A DNA stretch of 63,989 bases, counting the filler, from Octopus bimaculoides (lineage: Eukaryota), in assembly GCF_001194135.2 (NCBI RefSeq). It is 5 parts of 5 records of this genome, joined end to end, with 100 filler letters (N's around TTAATTAATTAA, not from the genome) between each part and the next. Parts side by side here need not be neighbours in the genome. Positions count along the whole stretch, not along the records: positions 60,290 to 62,861 come from NC_068984.1; positions 62,962 to 63,989 come from NW_026435130.1; 3 more parts are not named here. One strand, written 5' to 3'. The position numbers and the translations under genes are program-made. The notes beneath the pieces were generated by a model. That model searched no databases, was not told the origin of the DNA, and saw nothing but the letters and a program-made list of their open reading frames with translations. Shown here piece after piece: positions 60,524 to 63,989 of this stretch (position 1 is the first letter of the stretch; every line of letters begins with the position of its first letter).

Positions 60524-61340
60524 TTCATTTAGTAGCCACTTGGGTGAAGGATGATGGGGACAAGTACCAGGCTTTAAAAAAATAATTACTGGGCTCGGTC
60601 CCTTCATCTAAAAATTCTTCAAGGCAGTTTCCCAGTATGGTCGCAATCTAGTGACTGAAACAAATAAAAAGTAAAAGATAAAGATACCACAATCAACAAG
60701 AACAACACCAATACCATCACCACTGATACTACCACCACCAACAACAACAACAACAATATCAATAATGCCACTACTAGCAACAACACTACCAAAGCAGCAC
60801 CACCACAAAAAGCAATGGCTTTTATACCACCCCCACTGACTATACCACCACCTGCGGGACAACTGCTTTGAACAACGTCGATGTCCACCACTCACATCAA
60901 TAACTGTACCGGTAGCAGCACCTCTGCGACACCAACAGAAACAGCGGCAACAATAATGACAACAACAACCACAACAGCAACAACAACAACAACAACAGAA
61001 CTGTGCATAAATATTCCCAATAGCAAAACGAAAGGGAAAAAAAAACAAGAGTAACGAAAAGACAAAGCACATAAAAACAACAATAGCAAACAACAACAAC
61101 AACAACAATCTCAACAACCACAATCTCAACAATCACAGCAACAGCAACAACAACAATAACAACAACAACAACAATAGCAACGCATAAACAAAAGAAAACA
61201 GGAAACGCAAAGGGGCAGAGTTGGCAGGAAGTTTCTTATTTCCGATGGCGGAAGCTGCAAGTGGGAGTCAAACTGCAGAATGAGCCTAGGCAAAATATGC
61301 AATTACAAAATACAACCTGATTCTCTGTAGTGTCTGAGGA

Positions 61341-62020
<680 letters not shown>

Positions 62021-62292
62021 ATGTATGTCACTATCTGTTCTACACTAACTGACCAAAACGCCGAAAGTTTTTTGTTTTTCAGAATGGCAGTTTATCAAAG
62101 TTCTGTGTTCTTTTGTGGCTGTTGTTGTATCTATTGTTTATAGAGGGTGATAACTAAAATGCGTCTCAGTATATTAAAATATACACTATTATATACTATT
62201 ATACAAACACACACACACACGCACACACACACACATACACTTACGCACACACATATGCACGCACATATATATATGTTATATAATATATATTA

Positions 62293-62432
62293 TTTGCCAA
62301 CATAATGTGGCTGTCCTGGAAGGGACGATTGTTACTGTTGTTTAGCCTAAGGAAACATCGTTCTGGGGCTAAACTACGGTAACAATCGTCCCTTCCAGGA
62401 CAGCCACATTATGTTGGCAAATAGTCTTTACT
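62293..62432. mobile_element. Internally deleted fold-back member of the 2541 MITE family
   Basis: tttgccaacataatgtggctgtcctggaagggacgattgttac is perfectly inverted at the other end; terminus ttggcaaatagtctttact resembles ttggcaaacaatctttact. Confidence 0.7.
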
Positions 62433-62823
62433 TTAAAGAACTTATTAGAAATAATAATGTTTCTATTTATAATATATATCTTATATGCAGTATAAGTTTC
62501 GAGGTCAAATGAAAGTACTTGGGTTGACAAAATCACTCTAAACACTTACATGTAATAAAATCAACTACTGTGATACAAACGGCTACTAGTAGTTTCGTGA
62601 AATTATGTCATAGTTGCATAAGAACTCTTATATCATTCTTTCTGTGAGGTAGATAAGATTTTCTCAAAGTCCTGATGAGTCTTTTCTGAGATATGATTCA
62701 TAGCCGATGGTACTAAAACAACTTAGGTATTGACTACCTGATCACAGAATAGCTTAATTCTGAAGCAGCTGTAACCATGTGGGCACATTATATCTTTTGC
62801 CTCTCATATCTCTTGGTTTTTGA

Positions 62824-62861
<38 letters not shown>

Positions 62862-62961
62862 NNNNNNNNNNNNNNNNNNNNNNNNNNNNNNNNNNNNNNN
62901 NNNNNTTAATTAATTAANNNNNNNNNNNNNNNNNNNNNNNNNNNNNNNNNNNNNNNNNNNN
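62862..62961. other. Artificial scaffold join
   Basis: 44 N + TTAATTAATTAA (62906-62917) + 44 N. Confidence 0.9.
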
Positions 62962-63989
62962 ATATATATATATATATATATATACACTAAAAAAAATGTA
63001 AAACTCTATCAAAAGTATATTATTAAATTTTATACAGTTATTATAAATTTGAGTATAAAATTTATGTTTTTCAGACAAAGGTAAAATAAATGCTTTAGGA
63101 TATTTGCTTTAACCAAATTAATTTCAAATATTTATACATACAAATAATATTCATTGATAGAAGATTAAGTAAAACACTGTCAAGGAAATGATCATATTTC
63201 ATGCTCTTTTTTTTTATGGGAAAAATTTAACCCAATGAAGATTAGTTTTAAAATAACGAACCCTCTTTATTATTCTTTATTTGAATAATATAGAATAATT
63301 AAAACAGAAAATCAGATAAATTAATTAGTTTATAAAACCCTTTTTTCAAGCTAATTTTTTGTATTCTACACATTGAATACAAGGCCAGCAAGTTTGCAGG
63401 AGGAGACAAGCTGATTACATCGACTTCCTGTGCTCAACTGGTACTTATGTTATCAATCCTGAAAGGATGAAAGGTAAAGTCAACCTTAGTGGAATGTGAA
63501 CTCAGGATGTAAAGATGGATGAAATACTGCTAAGCAGTTTGCCTGGCATGCTGACAATTTATTCAGCTTGCAGCCTTATTGTACCCAACATATTAATGAT
63601 CATATTTAATTTAAGGCACTAAAATTAAATATATAAATAGAAATTTCATTTCCTAAAAATGCATTTTTACCAAAAATTATATAATAATTAGCAATTTATA
63701 AAGTTTGAAAGAAATTAAAATGCATCTACATATATATATATAGTTGCCATATTTCTTTCTATAATGAGTACCTCTGAGGAGCAGAGTTACATTATCAGAC
63801 TGTTACCTAACACTTTGTTGAACCCCTAGTGTAAAACCAATCGGTAAGATTGGGCATGACGTATATATAATACTGTGCACTTCGATTAATATATATACGT
63901 GTGTATATATACATACATATATATATTATCTAGCAATGAGATATTTAAGATTACCTTCATAAATATCTTACTACTAAATAATATATATA

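Noticed and set aside
62575-62750. Further hammerhead-like pieces (CTGATGAG at about 62674, GAAACTACTAGTA on the minus strand; also CTGAGGAG near 63775)
   Set aside because: A complete core with stems I-III could not be assembled on one strand

Overview
Eukaryotic, AT-rich, repeat-saturated and gap-ridden genomic scaffold. The SINE and microsatellite repertoire suggests a cephalopod, most likely Octopus (inference from recall, not a search). The window is not one contiguous locus: four 100-bp artificial joins (44 N + TTAATTAATTAA + 44 N) split it into blocks, and one block starts with Illumina adapter sequence. Three host genes are partly visible. (1) The last coding exon of an annexin (+, 949-1077), followed by four decayed copies of its own stop-codon region. 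(2) Six consecutive, phase-consistent 3' exons of a FREM1-like extracellular matrix gene (-, 13251-17730; Calx-beta, an Asn- and Lys-rich linker, C-type lectin). (3) Six consecutive, phase-consistent exons of a GPSM2/Pins/AGS3-like gene (+, 31065-35220; end of the TPR region, linker, GoLoco motifs). The rest is tRNA-derived SINEs, mariner, Helitron and RT relics, several MITE families (piggyBac-like, Tigger-like, long-TIR), an orphan 18S/28S rDNA chimera, and simple repeats. The most unusual signals are: at least four unrelated repeat families carrying minimal type-I hammerhead ribozyme cores with palindromic stem III, one of them in the tail of a tRNA-headed SINE; a 5.8-kb CpG-dense TTCG/TACG satellite that switches into an alternating purine-pyrimidine domain with higher-order units; and an intronic hairpin with two competing partners overlapping a frame-compatible candidate alternative exon of the GPSM2-like gene. 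Most long ORFs in the supplied track are artefacts of N-gaps and microsatellites.
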